A stretch of 38,853 nt of DNA, from positions 1-38,853 of the forward strand of contig JAZDPL010000020.1 in NCBI GenBank assembly GCA_043797665.1, read 5' to 3'. Positions 1 through 8,065 of this stretch are shown here, piece by piece. The notes beneath the pieces are model-generated. The model had not been told where the DNA came from, did no database searches, and saw only the letters and a program-made list of their open reading frames with translations. Both the position numbers and the translations under genes were made by a program. This DNA comes from Candidatus Omnitrophota bacterium (GTDB lineage Bacteria > Ratteibacteria > UBA8468 > MWAK01). Each line of letters starts with the position of its first letter. Position 1 is the first letter of the stretch.

Positions 1-203
1 TCGCCGATGCCTTTGATTGAGGTCAGATTTTTGTGTCCGTCCACCTTCTTGCCCCTTTCGGTTAATTCCTTGCTGATTTCTTCTATTACTTGATTGAGAT
101 TTTTGATCTGCCCTACGATAATCTTTAGTTCAAACATGTAAACAGAATCCAGGTTTAAAGCCAAGACTTTATGAAGCCCTTTTTCGGAGCTTAGCATCTC
201 GCC
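1..203 (-). pseudogene. IS110-family transposase internal fragment (5'-truncated, runs off the left edge)
   Basis: Hand translation of the minus strand gives GEMLSSEKGLHKVLALNLDSVYMFELKIIVGQIKNLNQVIEEISKELTERGKKVDGHKNLTSIKGIG. This is a coiled-coil followed by the LxSIxGIG start of the IS110 C-terminal domain. No DEDD domain is visible upstream. Confidence 0.7.
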
Positions 204-421
204 CCAGGTTCTAACGCAACCTATAACCTATCTACTCCGGACATTGGTCTTATTTTAACAGATATCCGGAGAGTTCACCATTTGACTGTTATCGTATCAT
301 CTGTCTGGTGAATAATCCTACCCCAATATTGCCTGTTTTTTCAATACCGGCCTGATTAAAACAAGTTTTTCGCCATCGGAAGGAGAGTTATAAGGAACAA
401 CCGGGAGATGCGTGTAAATTT

Positions 422-601
422 TCAACTTACACCGTAGTAATATTCGTCTTCGAGCGAAATTTCTTCTCTCTGTTCCTTGATTCTCGCATAGGAAAGAGAT
501 CGCGTATCAATCTTAGCGTATTTTCCTTCCTGTGTCTGCTTCAAAAATGTTAATAAACCTTTTTCTTGGTTTTCGTTCTCAACCTTCTTTTTATCGTCCA
601 T
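422..601 (-). CDS. Small hypothetical protein
   Basis: 59-aa charged ORF (MDDKKK...) starting just after the stop of the 623 ORF, with a GGTGGGGG RBS-like run upstream. No recognisable motif. Confidence 0.35.
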   Translation of the reverse strand: MDDKKKVENENQEKGLLTFLKQTQEGKYAKIDTRSLSYARIKEQREEISLEDEYYYGVS

Positions 602-622
602 CGCCCCCACCTCTTCAGAAAT

Positions 623-1387
623 TCATTCAGAAACGATCTTGCGCCCTGTTTGAATTTCAATGTTATTTCTTATGCCTGTCAAGTCCATTTGGAAACCACA
701 ACCACACGTAAGCTTTGCATCTTTGGGGAATGGTTTTAGCCCCCTCTTCTTAAAGTCTACATCAATTTGTGGATTTTGTGCAAGTTTACCATAAATTACA
801 TGTACAGCTCCGCATTTGGGGCACTTCTGTTTGATCTCTACTACGTCCGGAACTTGTTTTTCTGACATGATCTTGATAGGTGCTCCCACAGAAACAGCCT
901 GCCTGAATATCTTATTATCCTGAGTTGCGAAAATCTTAAATGTGGAGGTAGTTTCAAAAAGCAGTCGACACACTACTTGAATTCTATAAACGATATCAGC
1001 CAGTTTGGAATCTTTATCTACTTTTATAATCTTTAAACCGATATCTTCTAAATCGGTAATCTTTATTGATCGTCCATGCAGTCTCCATTTGGAGTGGTTG
1101 GTGAGCTCTTTCGCAATTTCTCCAGCCCGCTTTACCTTCATTTCCTGTGTGACTGGAAGTTTTCTGGTTTCTGTAACATCCCATCGCTTAAATTTATAGT
1201 TTGTCAGCCATTCAACAACTCGTTCCCGTGCGAAATTCAATGCATGAAGAACACTGCCCAACTCACCCGGCGATATTTGCGCGATCATTGTTGCGTCAAA
1301 CGGGTTCAAACTTCCACGTTCCTCTGCTTCTTTTCTCTTTTCTTCGACCCATTCTACGTAGTCATACGCCGAGACAATGGACCGGCC
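623..1387 (-). pseudogene. SDH-family Clp-fold serine protease-like protein, C-terminal portion only
   Basis: The frame stays open upstream of the called TTG: GRSIVSAYDYVEWVEEKRKEAEERGSLNPFDATMIAQISPGEL...KWRLHGRSI..., with a C-terminal CPKC...CGC zinc finger. The N-terminal catalytic part is missing and replaced by IS-end sequence. Confidence 0.7.
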
Positions 1388-1519
1388 ACTCCCATCGTCA
1401 GCCCCATAATAGACCGCCTCCTTTCCTTTATTCAGGAACGGTCTATTGTCTCATATTTTCGTTTAGATTCTTATATGAGGCAACGAATCAGTTTCGTACA
1501 GATTTTTCGTGAGGCAACT
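1388..1519 (-). mobile_element. Left end of an IS with the first codons (MGLTMG) of an integrase-core (rve-type) transposase
   Basis: Two GTTGCCTCA copies (plus-strand tgaggcaac at 1476-1484 and 1510-1518), an AAAGGAGG RBS, and ATG at 1407 giving MGLTMG before the junction. Matches from recall the 'MGLTM.ER.AVT' transposase family. Confidence 0.55.
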
Positions 1520-1526
1520 CGTTGAC

Positions 1527-1556
1527 TTGACAGAAGATAAGGAAGGCGGGTATAAT
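1527..1556 (+). promoter_or_regulatory. Consensus sigma70 promoter
   Basis: TTGACA (1527-1532), 18-nt spacer, TATAAT (1551-1556); both hexamers are perfect. Confidence 0.8.
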
Positions 1557-1562
1557 ATCAGC

Positions 1563-1628
1563 AGAATTGTAGAATCACGACGAAAAGGCCCTCATAAGGT
1601 TTCGTCCTTATGGGGTCCTTTTCTTTTT
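1563..1628 (+). ncRNA. Putative ~65-nt small RNA overlapping the NYN gene 3' end
   Basis: Starts just after the consensus promoter and ends in the hairpin gaaaaggccctcataagg-tttcgt-ccttatggggtccttttc (1582-1623) plus a T-run. No credible ORF in between. Confidence 0.5.
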
Positions 1629-1858
1629 ATACTCCAGTTTCTGCCTCAACTCATCCAGAAAGACAATCCTCTTCTCGGCGGGCTTTTTAAGCAGGGCTGA
1701 ATATTTCAGACTGTTTGGCACCAGAAGATTTCGGAGTTTACCTTTTTCGCTGAGATACTTTACCAAGCAAGCAAAATCGCCATCCCCTGAAACGATTACC
1801 GCCTGGTGATAATTGTGGTACTCAATCATTGCCTGCAAAACCAGTTCGGCGTCGCAAT
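1608..1858 (-). pseudogene. NYN (LabA/DUF88, PIN-like) nuclease, C-terminal half
   Basis: NCDAELVLQAMIEYHNYHQAVIVSGDGDFACLVKYL contains the NYN SGDGDF motif. The N-terminal DxxN strand is absent. Confidence 0.8.
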
Positions 1859-2159
1859 TAGTTACTGATACCGAATTGACTACCAAAAGAGAAGGTGGTA
1901 TCCTTTAACATGGTTGGGTTTAGGCATGGTTCATAGAAACTAAGTATTTTGAGGGTTAACGGTTAACGCTCATATAGGGAATTGAAATGAAACACCTACC
2001 AGAAATACATCAATTGCCTCCTGTATATCGAAAGACGAAGCATCAAACATTCAGGAAATTCGAGAAGATTCTACTTAAAATTCTACCCGGCAAGAGTCCT
2101 GAAGAAATAATTGAGATTCCAGAAATCAAGCGGTACTGGAAAAAATCTGCATGTTCTCG

Positions 2160-2320
2160 CAAGGAGATTGGCCAAGAATGCCTACAGTATTTATTCTTTG
2201 CAGGAACCCTTTAAAAGAAGGGGATTATTAAGATTTTTACTTTCGAACTGCACCTTCGATTCTGGAAACCTTTATCCTGCCTACCGAAAACCCTTCGATA
2301 TCCTGGCAAATCCTGCCATT
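2160..2320 (+). pseudogene. C-terminal tail of a large serine recombinase
   Basis: LAKNAYSIYSLQEPFKRRGLLRFLLSNCTFDSGNLYPAYRKPFDILAN resembles the ...KR.LL..L.SN.......L...YRKPFD.L ending of island serine recombinases and directly abuts a tRNA 3'-end remnant. Confidence 0.65.
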
Positions 2321-2331
2321 TGTTTCGTTAA

Positions 2332-2357
2332 GGGTGGCATACGGGATTCGAACCCGT
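2332..2357 (-). other. tRNA 3'-end fragment (T-arm plus acceptor strand, tRNA-His-like); probable att site
   Basis: The minus strand reads ACGGGTTCGAATCCCGTATGCCACCC, a perfect T stem-loop. No D or anticodon arm upstream. Confidence 0.7.
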
Positions 2358-2390
2358 TCTAAAAGAGCGACATTGAAACGGACATTGGAG

Positions 2391-2603
2391 GCGGGTAAAG
2401 AGGTTTAAGGCATCGTGAGGACCCGGACCGGACTCCGGGTGAAACTGAACGGAAAAGAACCGGTGTTCTTTACTCTTCATCCCTTCCAAACTCTTATTAT
2501 TCAGATTGACGTGGATTAGTCTGACCTCTGAAGGAAGGGTACTGGCATCCACACAGAACCCGTGGTTCTGAACGGTAATGAGAATCCGGCCGGTTTCCTT
2601 AGT
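2391..2603 (-). pseudogene. carA: Carbamoyl-phosphate synthase small subunit C-terminal fragment
   Basis: KETGRILITVQNHGFCVD...HVNLNNKSLEG...FFSVQFHPESGPGPHDA carries the CarA motifs QNHGF and QFHPE.GP.D. About 70 aa only; catalytic Cys region missing. Confidence 0.85.
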
Positions 2604-2632
2604 TGCAAAAAGAGCGGGAATGGTGCTACAAT
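2603..2632 (+). promoter_or_regulatory. Probable promoter for the ATPase subunit I-dnaJ genes
   Basis: TTGCAA, 18 nt, TACAAT with a TGn extension; ATG lies 8 nt after the -10 box. Confidence 0.5.
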
Positions 2633-2640
2633 TATAGGTT

Positions 2641-4734
2641 ATGATTGCCAGAATGGAACGGGTATACCTCTTGCTGCCGGAAGTCAAAAAAGAGGTACTG
2701 ATTAAAGAACTGGAAGAGGCAGGCCTGATGGAACTGACGGAAATTCCGGAGGAGGAATTCCCGGTTCTTTCAGTCCCATCCTCTTTCTCCGGACCCGAAG
2801 AGGTATTGAAGGAAAAAGCGAAAAAGGTGGAAGAAAATCTGGCACAACTCAATTACCTCCTGGAATTTCTGAAACCGGACAAGACAGAGACACAAATAAC
2901 TTCCCCTGGATTCCCGCTTACGACACGCGGGAATGACAGAGAGGGGACACGCGGGAATGATAAGTTCGCAGAGTTAGTTTCTTCGTTTCCGCTTCCGGAA
3001 TTTTTTACTGAAAGCAAATCTCTGGAAAGGCATCTCACGGAAATTCAAAATCTGTCTAACCGGCTTCAAAAGGCAGCGGAAGAAATCACCCCTCTCATCT
3101 CCCTGGACGTTCCGCTTAAGGATCTAAAACAGACTGACCATATCGGCATGCTACTCTGCCGGGTTGACACACGACAGTCTCCCTGCCATACGCCGAAGAA
3201 TAGAAGTAAGTCAATTGCTGGCAGGGTTCTGCGGCGTAATCTTTCCACCTTTTATCAGGAGTTGGATAACATTGAAGATATTCAGACCCTGTCCATTTCT
3301 AACCGGAAAAAGAGTGTTATTCTATTTTTAGCCTTTTGGAAAGATAATGAAAAGAAGATAAACGAAATCCTGGGCGGTCTGAAAGCGGAAATCATCTACC
3401 CGCCGGATTATCGGAAAACCCCAACCGAAGCGGTTGCTCGTATTCAACGTCTCCTGGAGAAAAATAGCCAACGTCTGGAACGTCTAAAGATAAAAAAGAA
3501 TACCCTGCGTAATAATCTGCCGCAGATTTTAACCCTATTGGACCTTTATCTCATTCAGAAAGAAGAAATTTCCGCCCAATATAAGATGCGGGCAACCGAA
3601 AGGGTGGCGATTCTTTCCGGCTGGATACGGTCAAAGGATTGGCAGCATCTGGAAACAAGGCTGAGGGATTCTTTTCCGGAAATCGGACTTATCCATAGAA
3701 AACCGAAAGAAGGAGAAACGGTTCCGGTCGCCCTGGAAAACGGCCCGGTGGGAAGACCGTTTGAAGCGGTCGTTGACCTTTACGGCCGAACCACCTACCA
3801 GGGATTTGACCCTTCTATATATCTTTCCGTCTTCTTTACCCTGAGTTTTGCCTTCTGTTTTTCCGACCTCGGTTACGGTCTGGTACTGGCTTCCCTTTCG
3901 TTATGGCTGATGCGCCGGTTCAAATCAGAATCCGCCCGGAAGATGCTCAAGGTCTTCGCGGCTTCCGGAATCGCGGCGGCTTTCGCCGGTATTATTACCA
4001 ACTCCTGGTTCGGGAACTTCTTCAGTCTTTTTCCGGCATTAAGTCATTTAGGTAAACTTCAAGCCAGGATTGCCCTCATCTCACCCACAGACAATCCGGC
4101 TGATACTATGCGGCTCTTTTACTTCACCCTAATCTTCGGGTACATCCAGATTACCACCGGAATCTTTTTGAAATTGAAAGAATCCATCCGCCGCTTTGGA
4201 ACCCGGGGTGCCTTAGAATCCGCTCCGCCGTTATTCTTCCAGATCGGGATACCCCTTCTGGCTATTCTGTTACTTTTGCGAACCAAATCAGCCGCCGCGG
4301 CTAATGCTATTCCGGTGGTAGGAATTCTTCTGGCGATTTCGGCTATCCTGATTATCTCTAACTCCTGGCGCAGTTACCGGGAAATAGTTTTAAAACTCTT
4401 CTGGTCTGCCAACACCATCTACGGTCTCATCGTGGGTAATCTTCTGGCTGACGTGCTCAGTTACGCGCGAATATTTGCCTTAGGGCTGACCAGCGGGCTG
4501 TTGGCGGTTACGGTAAACCAGTTGGCGGGAATGGCCAGGGTTTTCCCGATTGTCGGACCCCTGGCGTTCATCATCGTTCTTCTGGTCGGTCATACCTTTA
4601 ATCTTTTTATCAGCACCCTGGGTTCTTACGTCCATACCAGCCGGCTCCAGTACTTAGAATTCTTCACCAAGTTTTACGAAAGCGGAGGCAGAACTTTCAA
4701 TCCGTTCCGAAAAGTCTACCGGTACATCCAATAA
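2641..4734 (+). CDS. ntpI: A/V-type ATP synthase subunit I (a)
   Basis: Soluble N-terminal half, then DPS..SVFF..SF..CFSDLGYGL, LADVLSYARIFALGL (essential Arg) and HTSRLQYLEFFTKFYESGG. Confidence 0.95.
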   Translation: MIARMERVYLLLPEVKKEVLIKELEEAGLMELTEIPEEEFPVLSVPSSFSGPEEVLKEKAKKVEENLAQLNYLLEFLKPDKTETQITSPGFPLTTRGNDREGTRGNDKFAELVSSFPLPEFFTESKSLERHLTEIQNLSNRLQKAAEEITPLISLDVPLKDLKQTDHIGMLLCRVDTRQSPCHTPKNRSKSIAGRVLRRNLSTFYQELDNIEDIQTLSISNRKKSVILFLAFWKDNEKKINEILGGLKAEIIYPPDYRKTPTEAVARIQRLLEKNSQRLERLKIKKNTLRNNLPQILTLLDLYLIQKEEISAQYKMRATERVAILSGWIRSKDWQHLETRLRDSFPEIGLIHRKPKEGETVPVALENGPVGRPFEAVVDLYGRTTYQGFDPSIYLSVFFTLSFAFCFSDLGYGLVLASLSLWLMRRFKSESARKMLKVFAASGIAAAFAGIITNSWFGNFFSLFPALSHLGKLQARIALISPTDNPADTMRLFYFTLIFGYIQITTGIFLKLKESIRRFGTRGALESAPPLFFQIGIPLLAILLLLRTKSAAAANAIPVVGILLAISAILIISNSWRSYREIVLKLFWSANTIYGLIVGNLLADVLSYARIFALGLTSGLLAVTVNQLAGMARVFPIVGPLAFIIVLLVGHTFNLFISTLGSYVHTSRLQYLEFFTKFYESGGRTFNPFRKVYRYIQ
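2908..2960. repeat. REP-like GGATTCCCGC...GCGGGAATGAC element inside ntpI
   Basis: ggattcccgcttacgacacgcgggaatgac followed by a second gacacgcgggaatga. Same family at 8003 and 31245. Confidence 0.85.
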
Positions 4735-4739
4735 AATAT

Positions 4740-5840
4740 ATGGCGAAGAGGGATTACTACGAATTATTAGGGGTACCAAAGGACACCAGCAGCGAAACGA
4801 TTAAAGAAGCCTACCGGAATCTGGCGCTCAAATACCACCCGGACCGTAACCCCGGCGACAAAGGAGCGGAAGAAAAGTTTAAGGAAGCAACCGAAGCCTA
4901 CGAGGTCCTCAGCGACTCCCAAAAAAGAGCAACTTACGACCAGTTCGGTTTTCAGGGCGTGGAGAAAACCGGGTTCACCTGGACCGATGACCTGGGCCGG
5001 GTACAGAGAGAGTTCTCGGATATCTTCAGCCAGGGTTACGATGACATCTTTGACCTTTTTGGCATGGGTACCGGAGCCCGGCGCCGAACCCAGAGTTTTA
5101 ACCGGGGTGATGACCTCCAGGTAAATATCAGCATTTCCCTGAAAGAATCAGCCGAAGGAGTTCAGAAAGAAATTACCGTCCCCCGGCTCACAGCCTGTTC
5201 TATCTGCAACGGTTCCGGAACAGCGCCGGGCAGCGGAAAGAAAAACTGTTCCCAGTGCGGTGGAACCGGCCAGGTCCGTTATACCCAGGGATTCTTCTCC
5301 ATCAGTCGTACCTGCAACCGGTGCCAGGGAACCGGAGAAGTAATCGAAAATCCCTGCCGGAACTGCCGGGGAACCGGCCGGGTAAAGGAGAAAGAACGAC
5401 TTCAGGTTACCATCCCGGCAGGAATTGAAAGCGGGTCCAGACTGCGGATAAAAGAAAAAGGGAACGTCGGACCCCAGGGAGGACCCTCAGGTAATTTATA
5501 CCTGGGTGTCCTGGTAGAACCGGATGCGCAATTCCAGCGGGAAGGGACGGACATTCTTTACGACCTCTTTATAACCTTTACCGAATCGGCCCTGGGAACG
5601 GAAAAAGAGGTGCCCACCCTTAAAGGTAACGTGCGGATGAAAATACCTCCGGGCACCCAGACCGGTACGGTCTTGCGTTTGCGCGGCAGAGGGATGCCGG
5701 ACGTCTCCGGATACCGAAGAGGAGATCAGTTGGTCCGGGTAATCGTGGAAACGCCTCTCAACTTGGGCCGGGAAGAACGCCACCTCCTGGAAGAATTTGA
5801 AAAGCGCACCAGCCAGCGATCCTACCCGAAAAGCAAATAG
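4740..5840 (+). CDS. dnaJ: Chaperone DnaJ
   Basis: J-domain with HPD, four CxxCxGxG repeats, C-terminal domain. Confidence 0.98.
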   Translation: MAKRDYYELLGVPKDTSSETIKEAYRNLALKYHPDRNPGDKGAEEKFKEATEAYEVLSDSQKRATYDQFGFQGVEKTGFTWTDDLGRVQREFSDIFSQGYDDIFDLFGMGTGARRRTQSFNRGDDLQVNISISLKESAEGVQKEITVPRLTACSICNGSGTAPGSGKKNCSQCGGTGQVRYTQGFFSISRTCNRCQGTGEVIENPCRNCRGTGRVKEKERLQVTIPAGIESGSRLRIKEKGNVGPQGGPSGNLYLGVLVEPDAQFQREGTDILYDLFITFTESALGTEKEVPTLKGNVRMKIPPGTQTGTVLRLRGRGMPDVSGYRRGDQLVRVIVETPLNLGREERHLLEEFEKRTSQRSYPKSK

Positions 5841-5859
5841 AGACAGAGGTACCTGAAAA

Positions 5860-6426
5860 TTAGGTGCGGTTAAGGAAATTGCGCAAGAGGTTCATACCTT
5901 CCCGGGTCAGGACGGATTCCGGATGGAACTGAACACCAAAAACAGGCAGGTCTTTGTGTTTCAGCCCCATAACCTCTCCATCTTTGGTCCAGGCAGTAAC
6001 CTCCAGGACTCCGGGTAAACTCTTTCGTTCCACCACCAACGAATGATACCGGGTGGCTTCAAAAGGACTGGGCAATCCCTGGAAGATATCCTTTCCGTTG
6101 TGGTAAATGAGGGAAGTCTTGCCGTGCATCAGTCGTTTTGCCTGGACAATCTTTCCGCCGTAGGCATACCCTAATGCCTGATGACCAAGGCAGACACCCA
6201 GAATGGGGACTTTGCCGGCAAACTCTTTGATTGCCGCAACCGAAATTCCGGCGTTCTCCGGCCGGCCTGGTCCCGGAGAGATGATAATCCTTTCCGGCGC
6301 CAGGCGGGTTATCTTTTTCAAAGTAATCCGGTCGTTACGATAGACCAGAACCCGGGCACCCAATTCCGAAACTTCCTGAAAGATGTTGTAGGTAAACGAA
6401 TCGTAGTTATCAATTAATAAAACCAT
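5860..6426 (-). CDS. trpG: Anthranilate/aminodeoxychorismate synthase component II
   Basis: [28 protein letters not shown] and QFHPES motifs; adjacent to component I. Confidence 0.93.
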   Translation of the reverse strand: MVLLIDNYDSFTYNIFQEVSELGARVLVYRNDRITLKKITRLAPERIIISPGPGRPENAGISVAAIKEFAGKVPILGVCLGHQALGYAYGGKIVQAKRLMHGKTSLIYHNGKDIFQGLPSPFEATRYHSLVVERKSLPGVLEVTAWTKDGEVMGLKHKDLPVFGVQFHPESVLTREGMNLLRNFLNRT

Positions 6427-6434
6427 GGATTTAT

Positions 6435-6460
6435 GCGGGTCGGATAAATCCGACCCCTAC
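6435..6460. repeat. GTAG-type REP, single arm
   Basis: gcgggtcggataaatccgacccctac, matching one half of the 50-bp doublets. Confidence 0.85.
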
Positions 6461-6484
6461 GTAAAAATATTTAATTCGTCGGTA

Positions 6485-7999
6485 TTAAATTGTGCCGGAA
6501 GAGACAATCTTCAGAGCTTCCAGTAAAGCCTTTCCTTTATTAAGCGTCTCATCGTATTCCCGGTTGGGAACTGAGTCCGCAACGATACCCGCTCCCACCT
6601 GAAGGTACGCCCGGCCGTCCTTGATTAGAACGGTTCTGATGGTAATACAGGTGTCAAGGTTACCCGCAAAGTCAAAATAACCGACCGCACCTGCGTAGGG
6701 ACCCCGCCTATCCGGTTCCAATTCATCAATAATCTCCATCGCCCTGACCTTGGGTGCGCCGCTTACGGTTCCGGCCGGAAAGGAAGCCGAAAATAGGTCA
6801 AAAGCATCTTTGTCCGGCATAATCTTACCGGTAATATTGCTCACCAAGTGCATCACGTGGGAATACCTTTCCACCGTCATCAGTTCCGTAACCTGCACGC
6901 TCCCGGACCGGCAAACCCGGCCTAAATCGTTACGACCCAAGTCGACCAGCATAATATGTTCTGCCTTCTCCTTTTCGTCCCCTCTCAATTCTGCTTCCAG
7001 AGCAAGGTCTTCCCCTCCATCTTTTCCCCGGCGCCTGGTTCCGGCAATCGGTCTTAAGGTTGCGTCATCCCCTTCCAGACGAACCATCACCTCCGGAGAA
7101 GACCCGACCAGAGCCATTTTGCCGAAGTTGAGATAATAAAGGTACGGAGAAGGATTGATGGAACGGACCGCCCGGTAAAGGTCAAAACATCCGGTTTCTT
7201 TTGCGGAGTATTCAAGCGAGAGGCGTTGAGACAAAACTATCTGGATTGCATCACCTCGGGTAATGTAATCTTTTGCCTTTAAGACTGCGGATTCAAATTG
7301 GGGACGGGTGAAATTGGAATCAAACCGGTTCCGGTTGTCAGACAGGGGCATGTCCCTGCATGCATTAGGCAGGGATGGATTCCCGCTTTTTTGGCTAAAC
7401 CCGTTCCGCAGACGGCCGATTATCTCTTCTATATTCTCAACCGCTTTCTGGTAAGATTTCTTCAGACCTTCTTTGGGCCGGGCATAGGTAATCACTTTCA
7501 GCCGTTGCCGCAGATGGTCAAAAACCAAGAGGGTATCGGCCAGGAATACCTGGATATCAGGCACATCCAGAAGGTCCGGCTTATTATCCGGCAGACGTTC
7601 TAAAAACCGGACCACATCGTAGGCAAAATAACCTACCAGACCGCCGGAAAAACGGGGCAGCGTCGGGTCAGACGCGGATTTAAAATTTCGCAGGTATTCC
7701 CGTAAAAAAGAGAGCGGATTACCTTCTTTTATCAGGGTCCGTCCGTTTTCTTCTATCTCAATGCGGGTCTTCTTGGTACGGATGACCGCACCGGGATTGG
7801 CACCCAAAAACGAATATCTGCCTACCTTTTCGCCTCCCTCGACGCTTTCTAAAAGAAATCCCGGCTTTGAACCCACCACCTTCCGGTAGGCGGAAACCGG
7901 TGTCTCCAAATCCGCCAGTATTTCACAGGAAACCGGAATTATGTTCACCGTACCGTCTGCCAGACGTTTAAACCCGGCAAAAGAAGGATATATTTCCAT
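6485..7999 (-). CDS. trpE: Anthranilate synthase component I
   Basis: FLLESVEGG (Trp feedback site), NPSPY, GSSPE, PIAGT, EHIMLVDLGRND, FPAGTVSGAPK. Confidence 0.96.
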   Translation of the reverse strand: MEIYPSFAGFKRLADGTVNIIPVSCEILADLETPVSAYRKVVGSKPGFLLESVEGGEKVGRYSFLGANPGAVIRTKKTRIEIEENGRTLIKEGNPLSFLREYLRNFKSASDPTLPRFSGGLVGYFAYDVVRFLERLPDNKPDLLDVPDIQVFLADTLLVFDHLRQRLKVITYARPKEGLKKSYQKAVENIEEIIGRLRNGFSQKSGNPSLPNACRDMPLSDNRNRFDSNFTRPQFESAVLKAKDYITRGDAIQIVLSQRLSLEYSAKETGCFDLYRAVRSINPSPYLYYLNFGKMALVGSSPEVMVRLEGDDATLRPIAGTRRRGKDGGEDLALEAELRGDEKEKAEHIMLVDLGRNDLGRVCRSGSVQVTELMTVERYSHVMHLVSNITGKIMPDKDAFDLFSASFPAGTVSGAPKVRAMEIIDELEPDRRGPYAGAVGYFDFAGNLDTCITIRTVLIKDGRAYLQVGAGIVADSVPNREYDETLNKGKALLEALKIVSSGTI

Positions 8000-8002
8000 A
8001 AT

Positions 8003-8056
8003 GGATTCCCGCTTACCCCTGCCTCTTACATGCAGGGGCAGGCTAGCGGGAATGAC
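8003..8056. repeat. REP-like GGATTCCCGC...GCGGGAATGAC element with nested hairpin
   Basis: ggattcccgctta-cccctgc...gcagggg-caggctagcgggaatgac between nadB and trpE. Confidence 0.85.
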
Positions 8057-8065
8057 AAAGTACTT

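Noticed and set aside
205..295. Possible integron attC site (ctccgga...tccggag stem with AAC/GTT triplets)
   Set aside because: The boxes do not fit RYYYAAC/GTTRRRY, the arms are asymmetric, and there is no second copy or integrase.
1582..1623. Hammerhead ribozyme (GACGAAAC on the minus strand)
   Set aside because: The GAAA is in a simple hairpin loop, and there is no correctly placed CUGANGA core or three-way junction.
1987..2214. 75-aa ORF as a functional gene
   Set aside because: No recognisable motif, and it overlaps the recombinase remnant in another frame within a decayed region.
2332..2357. Intact tRNA gene
   Set aside because: Only the T-arm and 3' acceptor strand are present.
2328..2852. 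174-aa ORF as a real gene
   Set aside because: Chimeric: its first half is antisense to ntpI and only about 70 codons are carA-derived.
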